Source of the DNA: Candidatus Saccharimonadales bacterium
Lineage (GTDB): Bacteria; Patescibacteriota; Saccharimonadia; Saccharimonadales; UBA4665
DNA: 64,000 bases
Assembly (NCBI GenBank): GCA_035479475.1
Contig: DATIIP010000033.1
Span: 2,449-66,448, forward strand
Reading direction: 5' to 3'
Positions within the stretch are counted from its first letter, which is position 1; the number at the start of each line of letters is the position of its first letter. This document shows, piece by piece, positions 47,756 to 56,237 of this stretch. Below the pieces are notes generated by a model that saw nothing but the letters and a program-made list of their open reading frames with translations, made no database searches and was not told the origin of the DNA. The position numbers and the translations under genes were made by a program.

Positions 47756-47935
47756 CTATTTGTGGAGGAGGCTGTGGGCGATGGTGAAGACCAGAATAAA
47801 GGCAACGATAAAGACCACGACTGTGGCTTTGATGGCGCTGCCGTTATTGCCTGCGCCGGTGCGGTTTTGCAACTTGGTAAAAACCCAGGTGCTAGCGCCC
47901 AAGGACACTAAGAAAGCCAGCAGTAGGGAACTCAC
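47756..47935 (-). CDS. 59-aa two-TM protein coupled to the HIT gene (GTGA overlap)
   Basis: GTG start with GGAGGA 6 nt upstream. 'SSLLLAFLVSLGASTWVF...ATVVVFIVAFILVFTIA'. Hand translated. Confidence 0.45.
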   Translation of the reverse strand: MSSLLLAFLVSLGASTWVFTKLQNRTGAGNNGSAIKATVVVFIVAFILVFTIAHSLLHK

Positions 47936-48357
47936 AGATTATCCTCCAGCCGAAGCTTGGCAGCTAGGGCGGCCTGCTCCTGTCTAGTGGGCTGGTAAGG
48001 GTAGGGCTCATTCTTGAGGTGATTGGCGGCCGCCTGAAAGAACTGTTTGCTTTCATTGGCTGGCATGATGTGAACGTGAGCATGAGGGACATCAAAGCCA
48101 AAGATCTGTACGATGACTCGCTTGGTACCGAGCGTACTCCTGAGGTGTTTAGCAACTTTTTGCACCGTCTGAAAGAGTGCCCGGTAGTCTTCGGAAGGCA
48201 GATCATCGAATTGGTCTACCTGTATCTTGGGAACCACTAGCGTGTGACCCGGGAAGAACGGCTTAATATCGAGGAAGGCAATGGTCTTGGTATCTTCGTA
48301 AATCTTGTCGCAGGGAATCTCACCTTTAATAATTCTAGTAAAAATGGAATCTTCCAT
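47932..48357 (-). CDS. HIT-family nucleotide hydrolase/transferase
   Basis: 'IFTRIIKGEIPCDKIYED...AFLDI.P..PGHTLVVPK' and the histidine triad 'HAHVHIMP'. Confidence 0.9.
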   Translation of the reverse strand: MEDSIFTRIIKGEIPCDKIYEDTKTIAFLDIKPFFPGHTLVVPKIQVDQFDDLPSEDYRALFQTVQKVAKHLRSTLGTKRVIVQIFGFDVPHAHVHIMPANESKQFFQAAANHLKNEPYPYQPTRQEQAALAAKLRLEDNL

Positions 48358-48362
48358 GAGGG

Positions 48363-48566
48363 CTACACCTTTTGATATTCGATAAAGTAATAGACGATAG
48401 CAACAACGGGGTGGATGACGAGCATACCCAAGCACCAGAGGAGGCGCTCGGTGTCGGTCAGGCGCGGATTTTTAACGGCCTCCACAAACATCCAGATCTC
48501 GAAGGCGAGCACCAGTAGCAGCACTAGTGCAATAAGAGAACCGAACCCAACCCCTAGTCGAAGCAT
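48363..48566 (-). CDS. Small two-TM protein, PLD-N-terminal-domain-like
   Basis: 'IWMFVEAVKNPRL....RLLWCLGMLVIHPVVAIVYYF'. Confidence 0.6.
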   Translation of the reverse strand: MLRLGVGFGSLIALVLLLVLAFEIWMFVEAVKNPRLTDTERLLWCLGMLVIHPVVAIVYYFIEYQKV

Positions 48567-48601
48567 ACTTTTATGATACCACGCTGGACAGACAGCTCTG
48601 T

Positions 48602-49111
48602 CTACTTACCGGCAGCTTGTAGCGCCAGATCAAGATCCTCAAAGAAGCCATCGACAAACGTTAGTTCGCGGTGCTGCTGGGCGGCTTTGAGCTCAGCTGG
48701 CGATCGCCAGCCAGCCCAGGCTACTTCTGTTGGGTCCAGGTGAGTGCCAGGCACTTCATCTGATTCGCCCACCAAAAGATGGCAGTACCGCTTATAAGAA
48801 TTAAGCCCCTGCCGAACGATGCGTAGGCCCTTTGGGGTGAGCCCCGTTTCTTCCTGAGCTTCACGCACGGCGGCGTCCATTGGCGTTTCGCCAGCCACCA
48901 TGCCGCCACATACCAGATCAACATCGCCAGGATTGACCCGCTTTTGGGCAGATCGTTCGTGCACCAGCACTTGGCCCGCGCTGTTGCGAACTACTACGAT
49001 TACTATTTGCATGTAGCGACCCTCGTGATGGGCCGCATCATCGCGCGGTACGTCGCGCTCAACGACGTTACCTTCGGCGTCTACAAGATCAACCATTTCT
49101 GTCATAGCCAT
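48602..49111 (-). CDS. NUDIX hydrolase
   Basis: Nudix box 'GGMVAGETPMDAAVREAQEETGL'. Start placed after the tRNA-Ser terminator. Confidence 0.85.
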   Translation of the reverse strand: MAMTEMVDLVDAEGNVVERDVPRDDAAHHEGRYMQIVIVVVRNSAGQVLVHERSAQKRVNPGDVDLVCGGMVAGETPMDAAVREAQEETGLTPKGLRIVRQGLNSYKRYCHLLVGESDEVPGTHLDPTEVAWAGWRSPAELKAAQQHRELTFVDGFFEDLDLALQAAGK

Positions 49112-49120
49112 AGCATAGCA

Positions 49121-49146
49121 AAACAGAGGCATGAATGCCTCTGTTT
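49121..49146 (-). terminator. Terminator hairpin after tRNA-Ser(CGA)
   Basis: Minus strand: 'AAACAGAGGCA ttca TGCCTCTGTTT TGC'. Confidence 0.65.
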
Positions 49147-49160
49147 GTAGCGGTGCGATT

Positions 49161-49250
49161 TGGCGGAGAGGGAGGGATTCGAACCCTCGATAGGTTTGAC
49201 CCTACACACGATTTCGAGTCGTGCGCCTTCAACCACTCGGCCACCTCTCC
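49161..49250 (-). tRNA. tRNA-Ser (anticodon CGA), long variable arm, CCA encoded
   Basis: 'GGAGAGGTGGCCGAGTGGTTGAAGGCGCACGACTCGAAATCGTG...GGTTCGAATCCCTCCCTCTCCGCCA'; cloverleaf checked by hand. Confidence 0.9.
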
Positions 49251-49357
49251 ATACCCGCCTATTTTAACAGATTAGGCCGCGAATAGGGCAGGCTAGCTTT
49301 TTTGGACTGTCTGTGCTAGAATTACCCCTGTTGCACGTATTGTATCGCGCCAGATGT

Positions 49358-49434
49358 GCACCCGTAGCTCAGCTGGATAGAGCGTTGGCTTGCGGAGCCA
49401 AAGGTCGTAGGTTCGAATCCTGTCGGGTGTACCA
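49358..49434 (+). tRNA. tRNA-Arg (anticodon GCG), CCA encoded
   Basis: 'GCACCCGTAGCTCAGCTGGATAGAGCG TTGGC TTGCGGA GCCAA ...GGTTCGAATCC...CGGGTGTACCA'. Confidence 0.88.
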
Positions 49435-49454
49435 ATTGATACTATTCAAGCTCT

Positions 49455-49487
49455 AAACAGAGGCCATTCGCGGCCTCTGTTTTTGTT
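49455..49487 (+). terminator. Terminator hairpin after tRNA-Arg
   Basis: 'AAACAGAGGCC attcgc GGCCTCTGTTT TTGTTT'. Confidence 0.7.
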
Positions 49488-49555
49488 TGGCCTCTTTATT
49501 TGGTGGTGCGCTTGTCGCTCATGGTTATACGCAGCGAGCGGTTTACTATGGAGGT

Positions 49556-50224
49556 ATGGCTGAGAAGGACTCTACAGGCTACACTCCCGAGAAACCGGCT
49601 AATGGTACATTCAAAATGCCCATCGGCCTCCTACAGGCCCATGTGGCGGTCCGGCAGTTAGAAAGGTATATGGCGCTCGTTACCCTGTATATGGAGCGCT
49701 TTTTGGACGATACATCCCTAGACACCGCACCACCGATTGGAAAGCTTATTAAAAACTACGACGAGAAAAAACGCCGGAATCTGCTGCGACGAGAGCTCTG
49801 TAAGCTTTCTGACGCAGTCAACAAGTCTGCCAAACGCGCCGGCGTCCAAGTGCGATATCGCAGGGGAGAGGGAGAGAAAGAGGTAGGTATAAATATCTTT
49901 CTGGACTTCTTTAATGTTCCGGAATCCGAACGGCATATCCAATACAACACTACCCGCACTACGGTATATCGAGCTATTGGGGTGTACCAACGAGAGCGTC
50001 TAAAGGGGCTCTGGAATATCATCAATCCTGTCTATTGGCTATCTGTTATTCTGAACGTGCCCGTCCATATTCTTTCGAGGGCAGGGATAGATGTAGAGAC
50101 CAGCCGGACATACAAAATGCACTACTGGATACTGCAATCACTCATGGCTATACTACTAATCTTCTTGATCTACAAGATAGGGGTGCCCACCAACTTTCTG
50201 ACTATGGTGCAGAGCGCTCTGTAA
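49556..50224 (+). CDS. Hypothetical protein with C-terminal TM helices (start uncertain)
   Basis: ORF in a lower-GC stretch after tRNA-Arg. The track start (TTG at 49487) lies inside the terminator T-run. Confidence 0.45.
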   Translation: MAEKDSTGYTPEKPANGTFKMPIGLLQAHVAVRQLERYMALVTLYMERFLDDTSLDTAPPIGKLIKNYDEKKRRNLLRRELCKLSDAVNKSAKRAGVQVRYRRGEGEKEVGINIFLDFFNVPESERHIQYNTTRTTVYRAIGVYQRERLKGLWNIINPVYWLSVILNVPVHILSRAGIDVETSRTYKMHYWILQSLMAILLIFLIYKIGVPTNFLTMVQSAL

Positions 50225-50444
50225 TAGAAGCCCCTTAAAGCAGGGGTGTACCTGACTGAAATCTTACAGACAAAGGCGGCGATATGTTGCTACGATGGGC
50301 TTGTCATAGGAGGCTACATATGGCGAATAGAACCAAGCGAGTCCCAAACATCGAAGAGGTGTTTGCAAACGACGATTTGAGTATCAACGAGCAGTAGGCT
50401 AGTCTTGCCGATGCCTAGCGAAACGCATCGTTTATAATTGGAAC

Positions 50445-52019
50445 ATGCGGACAGGGGAGCGATGGCAATGGTTTTGGGCACAGCAGCGATTACTCGCCTA
50501 TGGATGCGGGACATTGCTGGTGAGCACGTGGACACTGCTGCGATTTTTCACCACTCGCACCACGTTCGACCTGGTGAGCCAACAGGTAATTGTGCATCAG
50601 TGGCTGCAGGGCGCTATGACGCCAGCACACATGGGACAAACGGCCTACGTGCTGAAGATGCTGGTTTTGTACGTACCGCTCGATCTACTGCCCGGCTCGC
50701 CGCGCCTCAAGCTGATAGCAATAACGCTGGCAATTAATATTGCAACGTTTGTATTGCTTGGCGTGGTGCTGGAACGGCTGCTGCGCGAATTTGGTGGACG
50801 GGTACGCAGTGTGCTGTATGCAGCGCTGGTAGGGTTGAGTGCCATTGCCGGGTCGGTGTTTTGGATTGGCTTTGCCAATTCCCGCAATTTAGAGGTGGTC
50901 GGCGGCGTCTTGTGGATGTACTTGGGGCTGCGTTATATATGGCGGCAAAGCTGGCGGCTGGCGATAAGCTTGGTGATCTTGGGCGGTTTGCTGTTTTTCG
51001 ACGACCCTTTGCAGTTTTATATGACGGCACTGCCGCTTTTGGTGTACGGCGTGGCGCTAGCAGCGGCAGGGCAGTACTCAATACGAGCAGCCGGTAAACT
51101 GCTGGGTCTAAGCCTGGCAGCTTGGGGATTAGCCCACTTGCTGGCGATAGCGATGGGTCACTGGTTGCAACTGAGCTTTACTGATACCGGTGGCCTAGCC
51201 TCACACTCATGGTCAGCGAGTTGGCTGGTACAAAGTGTGGCTGGAGTGGCAAAAGCAGTTCTAAGCCTGTTCGCCGGAGGAGCCGACGCTGGCAGGGCGC
51301 GCGAGCTTGCCAATATTGGCCTGTTGGGGTTAGGCCTTGCCGCCCTGGTGTATAACGCGGTAAAACGGTTGGTGCCGAGGCGGCTGATTGCATTCTTGGC
51401 ATGCTGGGTCGCGGTCGATCTGGCAGTGTATGCCGCTAGTGGACAAGCCGTGCACGGTGCGGCTACCTCACGCTACCTCATCATGCTGGCCCCGGCGGCT
51501 CTAGTGGGCCTGGGGATGATGCGTTGGCCACGACACCCCTGGAGTATTAAATTGGCGGTAACGGTGATGGTAGCAGGCCTGGCTCTGAATGTAGGAGCAC
51601 TGGGTAGTAGCCTGCTGCGTCACTGGGACGGTAGCTTTCCGGCTGACGCGCAGCAGGCCAGCGTCTATCGATATGCGCAGGCGCATCCGAAGCTGCATGT
51701 TTATACCAGCATTGATACGGCCATGGCAGTGCTTTATCTGCACAACCTACCAGCACAACGCAGCCTCCCGGTAGGATGTCTGGATGGAAAACTAGTACGC
51801 ACTCACTATTCGATGGACCGCGCCTTTGCTGATAGTAGTCGAACGCCAGGTGCCGTAGCGGCAATCGTCTTGGACGGTACGAGCATCCAAAACAGCCCGA
51901 ATGTCTGTACGACGAGCAGTATCAGCTCAGAATTCGGCGCACCCATCAGGCTGGCGCACACCGACAATAGCAGCGTGGTATTGCTATATCGGCAGGCAGC
52001 TTTGAGGCTGCCCGACTAG
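50445..52019 (+). CDS. Polytopic membrane protein (about 12 TM) with a C-terminal soluble domain; possible GT-C-type glycosyltransferase
   Basis: Hydrophobicity pattern only, plus neighbourhood (GtrA, PIG-L fusion). Confidence 0.6.
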   Translation: MRTGERWQWFWAQQRLLAYGCGTLLVSTWTLLRFFTTRTTFDLVSQQVIVHQWLQGAMTPAHMGQTAYVLKMLVLYVPLDLLPGSPRLKLIAITLAINIATFVLLGVVLERLLREFGGRVRSVLYAALVGLSAIAGSVFWIGFANSRNLEVVGGVLWMYLGLRYIWRQSWRLAISLVILGGLLFFDDPLQFYMTALPLLVYGVALAAAGQYSIRAAGKLLGLSLAAWGLAHLLAIAMGHWLQLSFTDTGGLASHSWSASWLVQSVAGVAKAVLSLFAGGADAGRARELANIGLLGLGLAALVYNAVKRLVPRRLIAFLACWVAVDLAVYAASGQAVHGAATSRYLIMLAPAALVGLGMMRWPRHPWSIKLAVTVMVAGLALNVGALGSSLLRHWDGSFPADAQQASVYRYAQAHPKLHVYTSIDTAMAVLYLHNLPAQRSLPVGCLDGKLVRTHYSMDRAFADSSRTPGAVAAIVLDGTSIQNSPNVCTTSSISSEFGAPIRLAHTDNSSVVLLYRQAALRLPD

Positions 52020-54622
52020 AGCGGGACGCCCTGTTGGTATTCACGAGATAAGTAGAAGCTATAGGTGGTAGCTTGACACTGCAGCATAGAATGGCACGTG
52101 CCGCTATCATGCTGGCCATAGGCAAAGAAAGCGGCTATTTTTTGATTTAGTTCATCGCCAGTGACATTTGGAGCGTAGCCATGGATGGGATAGCCGATGT
52201 AGTGCTTAACCGGAATGGTGACGGCGCCGCCAAAATGCTGGAAATCGTACTGGTCGGCAGCCTCTTGGGTAAGCCGGCTGGTATTGATATGGTCGCTATG
52301 ATCGGGGTAGGGCGTGGGGACAGCATCCGCCTGGGTGTGGATTTCGGCCGGTTCGTAGATATCCATAAGAAGGACAAGTGCGGCCACTAACTGCTGGCGC
52401 GTATAGCTGGACTGGTTATCGACACTCCGAAGCCGTTCAATAACACCGGCCTGCAACTTGGCCATGCTCTGGTAATCGGAGCCTGGAAAGCCCTGGCCTT
52501 GCAAGTTGCCGTCTGGCAGGTTCAGAAAGACAAGCGAAACTTGGTTGCTATCCCGCGGGGTAGCAACCGTGAGATACTCGCCTGGAGCAACTTGTACCGT
52601 TTGATGATCCCAGACGTTTTTGATGTGCAGCATGGCACTATAGGCAGCCTCTGCGCCAAGCTGGCGGCCCAGCCAATAAAACTTATCTTGGCCATCGTCA
52701 CCGGCGGTCAGAAATACCGTACGCACACAGTAGCCAGCCTGTAGGGTATGGAGCAAGTCAGGGCTTAAGAAGAGTAGGTCATCGTCTTCGTGGGCAACAA
52801 AGTTCATGACAGTGGGCTGGGTGCAGTTGGTTTTGAGCAGCTGATCGGGTGCCACCGGGGCGAGAGTAACGTGAGCTAGAATGTCCGCCGCAGACCTAGG
52901 GTGGCTACCGGCGTCGTAAAAAAGCAGCGCACCTTTAGGGTGTGTGAGGGTGCCGGCAATGATTTGAGTGGCATTGGGCACGCCGTAGGCAGCGGTGACC
53001 TGTTGGAGCGTACAACTTGGATAGTTGGTTAGGCTGCCATCGAATGTGATGAGATAGGCAAAGCTGTGCCGCCTGAGATCTGGCTGCCAGGTCGTGCTGC
53101 TGAGGGCAGTCAGCGGTGTCGTACAGCTATAGAGCGGCATAACATTGAGCTTGCCGTGAGCAGCTAATTTTATGGGAAGTACACGCCAATAATCACCCAC
53201 CAACACATCAACGTGATGATGTTCAAGCGCCTGCGTCACGAGTTTGTTGCGGTACGAAACATCGTTCAAAGCGGCCGTTTGTGTACTGGCAACCGTACGT
53301 GCAGTCACGCTAGCGGCAAGGCTGCTGAGCATTAATCCCAAACCGATAAGTAGTAGCCATTTTGGCTGACGTACCACATGGCCACGAAGCACCGTAGTGG
53401 CACCAATCATCAACGCAAAGAAGCCGATGGTAAGATAGCGGGCATCGACCGCATAGTAATGCTTACTTACTACAAACAGCCCGAACGCGGCGGCAGTAGA
53501 ACAAAATAGCGTGAGTGACAGCTGGGTGGCAACCGGCAGAGCAGTGTGGCTATCGAAGTGATGGAGTGAGCCTCGAACTAGCCGCCAAATGAGCCATAGT
53601 CCTAGTAGCACCAGAACGACCGCGACAAGATAGAGTGCCCCGCTTGGATGAGTCAGGCTGGCCGCGAGCGCATGCGGTAATTGGGCGATTACCCGATTGT
53701 CGTAAACGGGGTTGGCACCGGCATTAGTAAGAAAGCCCAGCAGGCTATAGGCGACGCTGAGCAGTAAGTCTTTGCCGCCAATACCGGTACCATAAGGACT
53801 AACGCTGCCGCCGGTCAAATGGGTAAAATGCAGCCCTGTTACGAGCAGTGTGATCAATAGACAGATGATACCGGCACCAATGCTAGCAATCAGCCAGCGT
53901 ACGGCAAAAGCGACCATAGCCAGATTGGTAAACAGAGCGTACAACACCAGCGCCACCGCCGCTCCACCCAGGCTGAGACCTAGAAACAGGCGGTCACTGG
54001 CAATAAGAATGCCCAGCAGAATCACACCAAACAGGAACAACGGGCTGCGCAGCCTCCGACCACGAATAAAGAGCAGCAAGCACGCCAAGTAGACGATATA
54101 TTCTAGGTTACGCGTTGTGAGCATAGCCATATTGACCGGCAGAATACCACCGGCGTATGGCTGCGCCGGTACAAGAAGAAGCATCAGTGCGAGGGCCAGA
54201 TACAATGTACCGAGTACCAGTGGACGGCGTTCAATCTTGTGGAGTAGAAATGCCAGGGCGGCCACCGTCAGCACACTGACACTCACCGTAGCAATTAGAA
54301 GGTGTGCGCTTGTAACTCCAGCCAGGCCGAGCCACCAAAAGATAGGCCACTTAAGCAGTAGGCTATGGGCGCCGGGAAAGGTAGCCCCCTGAAACGTTTG
54401 CCAGTTGGTGAAAAGATATGGATCTGATAACTGATCGGCATTGTGAATTTGCAGCCGGGCACCGAGCACCGCCCAAAAAACGACGCTTGCGAACAATAGT
54501 ACAGTGGCTATACCGGCGTAGACTGCCGGAAGACGGGGTGGCCTAGCAAGACCACCCAACAGCGCCACCAACCGGTGCCACAGCTTGAGACAAAATGCAT
54601 TTAAGGGACTTAGTTCTTCCAC
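52016..54622 (-). CDS. Fusion protein: N-terminal polytopic membrane domain + central domain + C-terminal PIG-L/LmbE-type deacetylase
   Basis: 'VMNFVAHEDDDLLFLSPDL...VFLTAGDDG' matches AHPDDE...TxGD. 'YPDHSDH' matches the HPDH motif. More than 10 TM helices in the first ~450 aa. Confidence 0.8.
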   Translation of the reverse strand: MEELSPLNAFCLKLWHRLVALLGGLARPPRLPAVYAGIATVLLFASVVFWAVLGARLQIHNADQLSDPYLFTNWQTFQGATFPGAHSLLLKWPIFWWLGLAGVTSAHLLIATVSVSVLTVAALAFLLHKIERRPLVLGTLYLALALMLLLVPAQPYAGGILPVNMAMLTTRNLEYIVYLACLLLFIRGRRLRSPLFLFGVILLGILIASDRLFLGLSLGGAAVALVLYALFTNLAMVAFAVRWLIASIGAGIICLLITLLVTGLHFTHLTGGSVSPYGTGIGGKDLLLSVAYSLLGFLTNAGANPVYDNRVIAQLPHALAASLTHPSGALYLVAVVLVLLGLWLIWRLVRGSLHHFDSHTALPVATQLSLTLFCSTAAAFGLFVVSKHYYAVDARYLTIGFFALMIGATTVLRGHVVRQPKWLLLIGLGLMLSSLAASVTARTVASTQTAALNDVSYRNKLVTQALEHHHVDVLVGDYWRVLPIKLAAHGKLNVMPLYSCTTPLTALSSTTWQPDLRRHSFAYLITFDGSLTNYPSCTLQQVTAAYGVPNATQIIAGTLTHPKGALLFYDAGSHPRSAADILAHVTLAPVAPDQLLKTNCTQPTVMNFVAHEDDDLLFLSPDLLHTLQAGYCVRTVFLTAGDDGQDKFYWLGRQLGAEAAYSAMLHIKNVWDHQTVQVAPGEYLTVATPRDSNQVSLVFLNLPDGNLQGQGFPGSDYQSMAKLQAGVIERLRSVDNQSSYTRQQLVAALVLLMDIYEPAEIHTQADAVPTPYPDHSDHINTSRLTQEAADQYDFQHFGGAVTIPVKHYIGYPIHGYAPNVTGDELNQKIAAFFAYGQHDSGTCHSMLQCQATTYSFYLSREYQQGVPL

Positions 54623-54624
54623 GG

Positions 54625-55044
54625 CTAGTCTATGGCCACGAGCGCTTCGCTCTGTTTAAAGATATGCGTTTTATATAGATAAAAGTTCCAGACAGTGGTG
54701 ATGCCAAGCGCTAAAGTACGGGTAATCACCGCTGGCAAGTGCTGTTGGAGCAGCTTGGTTAGCAGTACCGAAAAGGTTAGGTTCCATACAATCAACAGGG
54801 CAGTGGCGACCATTTGCGGGATCAGAATACGGTGGTGCATTCGCTTATCCCCAAACGTCACCAGTTTCTGCAAAAAGAATGACACCAACGTACCCAAGCA
54901 GAAACTGATAGCCACCGCCCAGACGGCACTTGCCCCTAATCGCTGTGCCACTACAATGACAGCCAGCTCAAACAAATACACGCTACCGCCAATAATAAGA
55001 TAGCGGTAGCCGGGTCGTTTGAGTAATTGGGTAAGCTGTAGCAC
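54625..55044 (-). CDS. GtrA-family membrane protein
   Basis: 139 aa, four TM helices; 'YRYLIIGGSVYLFELAVIVV' and 'FSVLLTKLL'. Confidence 0.8.
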   Translation of the reverse strand: MLQLTQLLKRPGYRYLIIGGSVYLFELAVIVVAQRLGASAVWAVAISFCLGTLVSFFLQKLVTFGDKRMHHRILIPQMVATALLIVWNLTFSVLLTKLLQQHLPAVITRTLALGITTVWNFYLYKTHIFKQSEALVAID

Positions 55045-55148
55045 GCGGATTTATTTCTTGATTACGTATTGACGCTCTAGTTCTACCGGCAACCGCGGTA
55101 GTAGAGCTATCTGTTCAACTTCCAGTATAACGCACCCATGGCCGAGTT

Positions 55149-55505
55149 TCAGGTAGTATATTTCCGGCGAAGGCGAACTTGATAGAGCGTGATACCCCCA
55201 CCGACAGCCACCACGACGGGTACAACTACATCGCCAGCCCCGGTATTGGCCAGCCGCGAGGGAGTGGAAGGTGTGCCATTCGCGGGAGATGGGGTTGGAT
55301 TGGTAGGGCCTGGATTGCCATTCGTAGCTGGTGATGCAGACTCGTGGTGCTGCGTCTGCTTGGAGACAGGACCAACGGCCTTAGGAGAATGTGACCTAAA
55401 GAAGACGAGCGACAATAAAAGCCAGATTAGCAATACGGCCGCCACCAGCCATATGACGACTGGTAGTATTTGGCGGTACCGTGGGGTTTCAGTTGGTGCA
55501 AACAT
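55149..55505 (-). CDS. Surface protein with N-terminal TM/signal, Pro/Thr-rich stalk and an LANTG cell-wall sorting signal
   Basis: 'SRLANTG AGDVVVPVVVAVGGGITLY QVRLRRK'. ATG at 55505 with GGAGGAG upstream. Confidence 0.65.
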   Translation of the reverse strand: MFAPTETPRYRQILPVVIWLVAAVLLIWLLLSLVFFRSHSPKAVGPVSKQTQHHESASPATNGNPGPTNPTPSPANGTPSTPSRLANTGAGDVVVPVVVAVGGGITLYQVRLRRKYTT

Positions 55506-55574
55506 CGCTGACGTACTCCTCCAATCTACTATTATTATAGTACCGCTTTCTTGGAGACTGAGCAAAATACTTTA

Positions 55575-56228
55575 CTAATTGAGGATATTGACCGCTCGCG
55601 CCGCCACTAACGCTACTACCACCAGCGAGATGATCGACTGCACAAGCATCAGCATTTTGGCGCGACGACTGAGCGGTAGGGTATCAGTGGGACTAAAAGC
55701 GGTAGCATTGGTGCTGGAGACATATAGATAGTCGAGCGAAGTTGGGTGCCACTGTTTGAGCGCCGTCAGGCTGCTTTGTGGGAACAGGAAGTCACGCTCA
55801 ACATCGCGTGCCGCACGCCGGCTGCCTGGCCCGCCGCCATCCATCTCCCAGTAGAGCAGGGCAAAGACAATGACATTGGTAAGATAGAGGTTGATAGCCG
55901 TCAGGATAAGCTCACGACCATTCTGAACGCGGCCTTGCTGCAAAAGCTGGTGGACCACCTGTGTAAGGGCATACAGGTTGCCCAAGCCAACGGCTGCCAG
56001 CAGCAACACGACGTTGATACGGCGCTTAAGCGACTGAAAAACCCGCTGTTTGGGCGTAGTGGCGGCTAGGAGTGCCGCTAGAAGTATCTCAAGCGCCGGT
56101 AGCAGCCAGTGCACCCCGAGCACAAACCGATCGGGTAGCGCAAATTGCAACACCACCGCTGCCAGGACAATACACTCTACATGCCATATTGGGTCACGGT
56201 CGTGATGCTTATCGCGAAAGAAGGGCAT
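55575..56228 (-). CDS. Membrane protein, DUF1345-like
   Basis: Six TM helices; 'DYLYVSSTNATAFSPTD' (weak family recollection). Confidence 0.55.
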   Translation of the reverse strand: MPFFRDKHHDRDPIWHVECIVLAAVVLQFALPDRFVLGVHWLLPALEILLAALLAATTPKQRVFQSLKRRINVVLLLAAVGLGNLYALTQVVHQLLQQGRVQNGRELILTAINLYLTNVIVFALLYWEMDGGGPGSRRAARDVERDFLFPQSSLTALKQWHPTSLDYLYVSSTNATAFSPTDTLPLSRRAKMLMLVQSIISLVVVALVAARAVNILN

Positions 56229-56237
56229 GGTTTTAGC

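Noticed and set aside
47742-47987. 81-aa + strand ORF
   Set aside because: It overlaps the HIT gene's 3' end. The minus strand carries a better-supported two-TM ORF with an SD sequence and GTGA coupling.
49435-50444. Integrated mobile element at tRNA-Arg
   Set aside because: There is no integrase, recombinase or phage-like gene. The only support is a 9-nt repeat and lower GC, so it is reported as a low-interest observation rather than a mobile-element feature.
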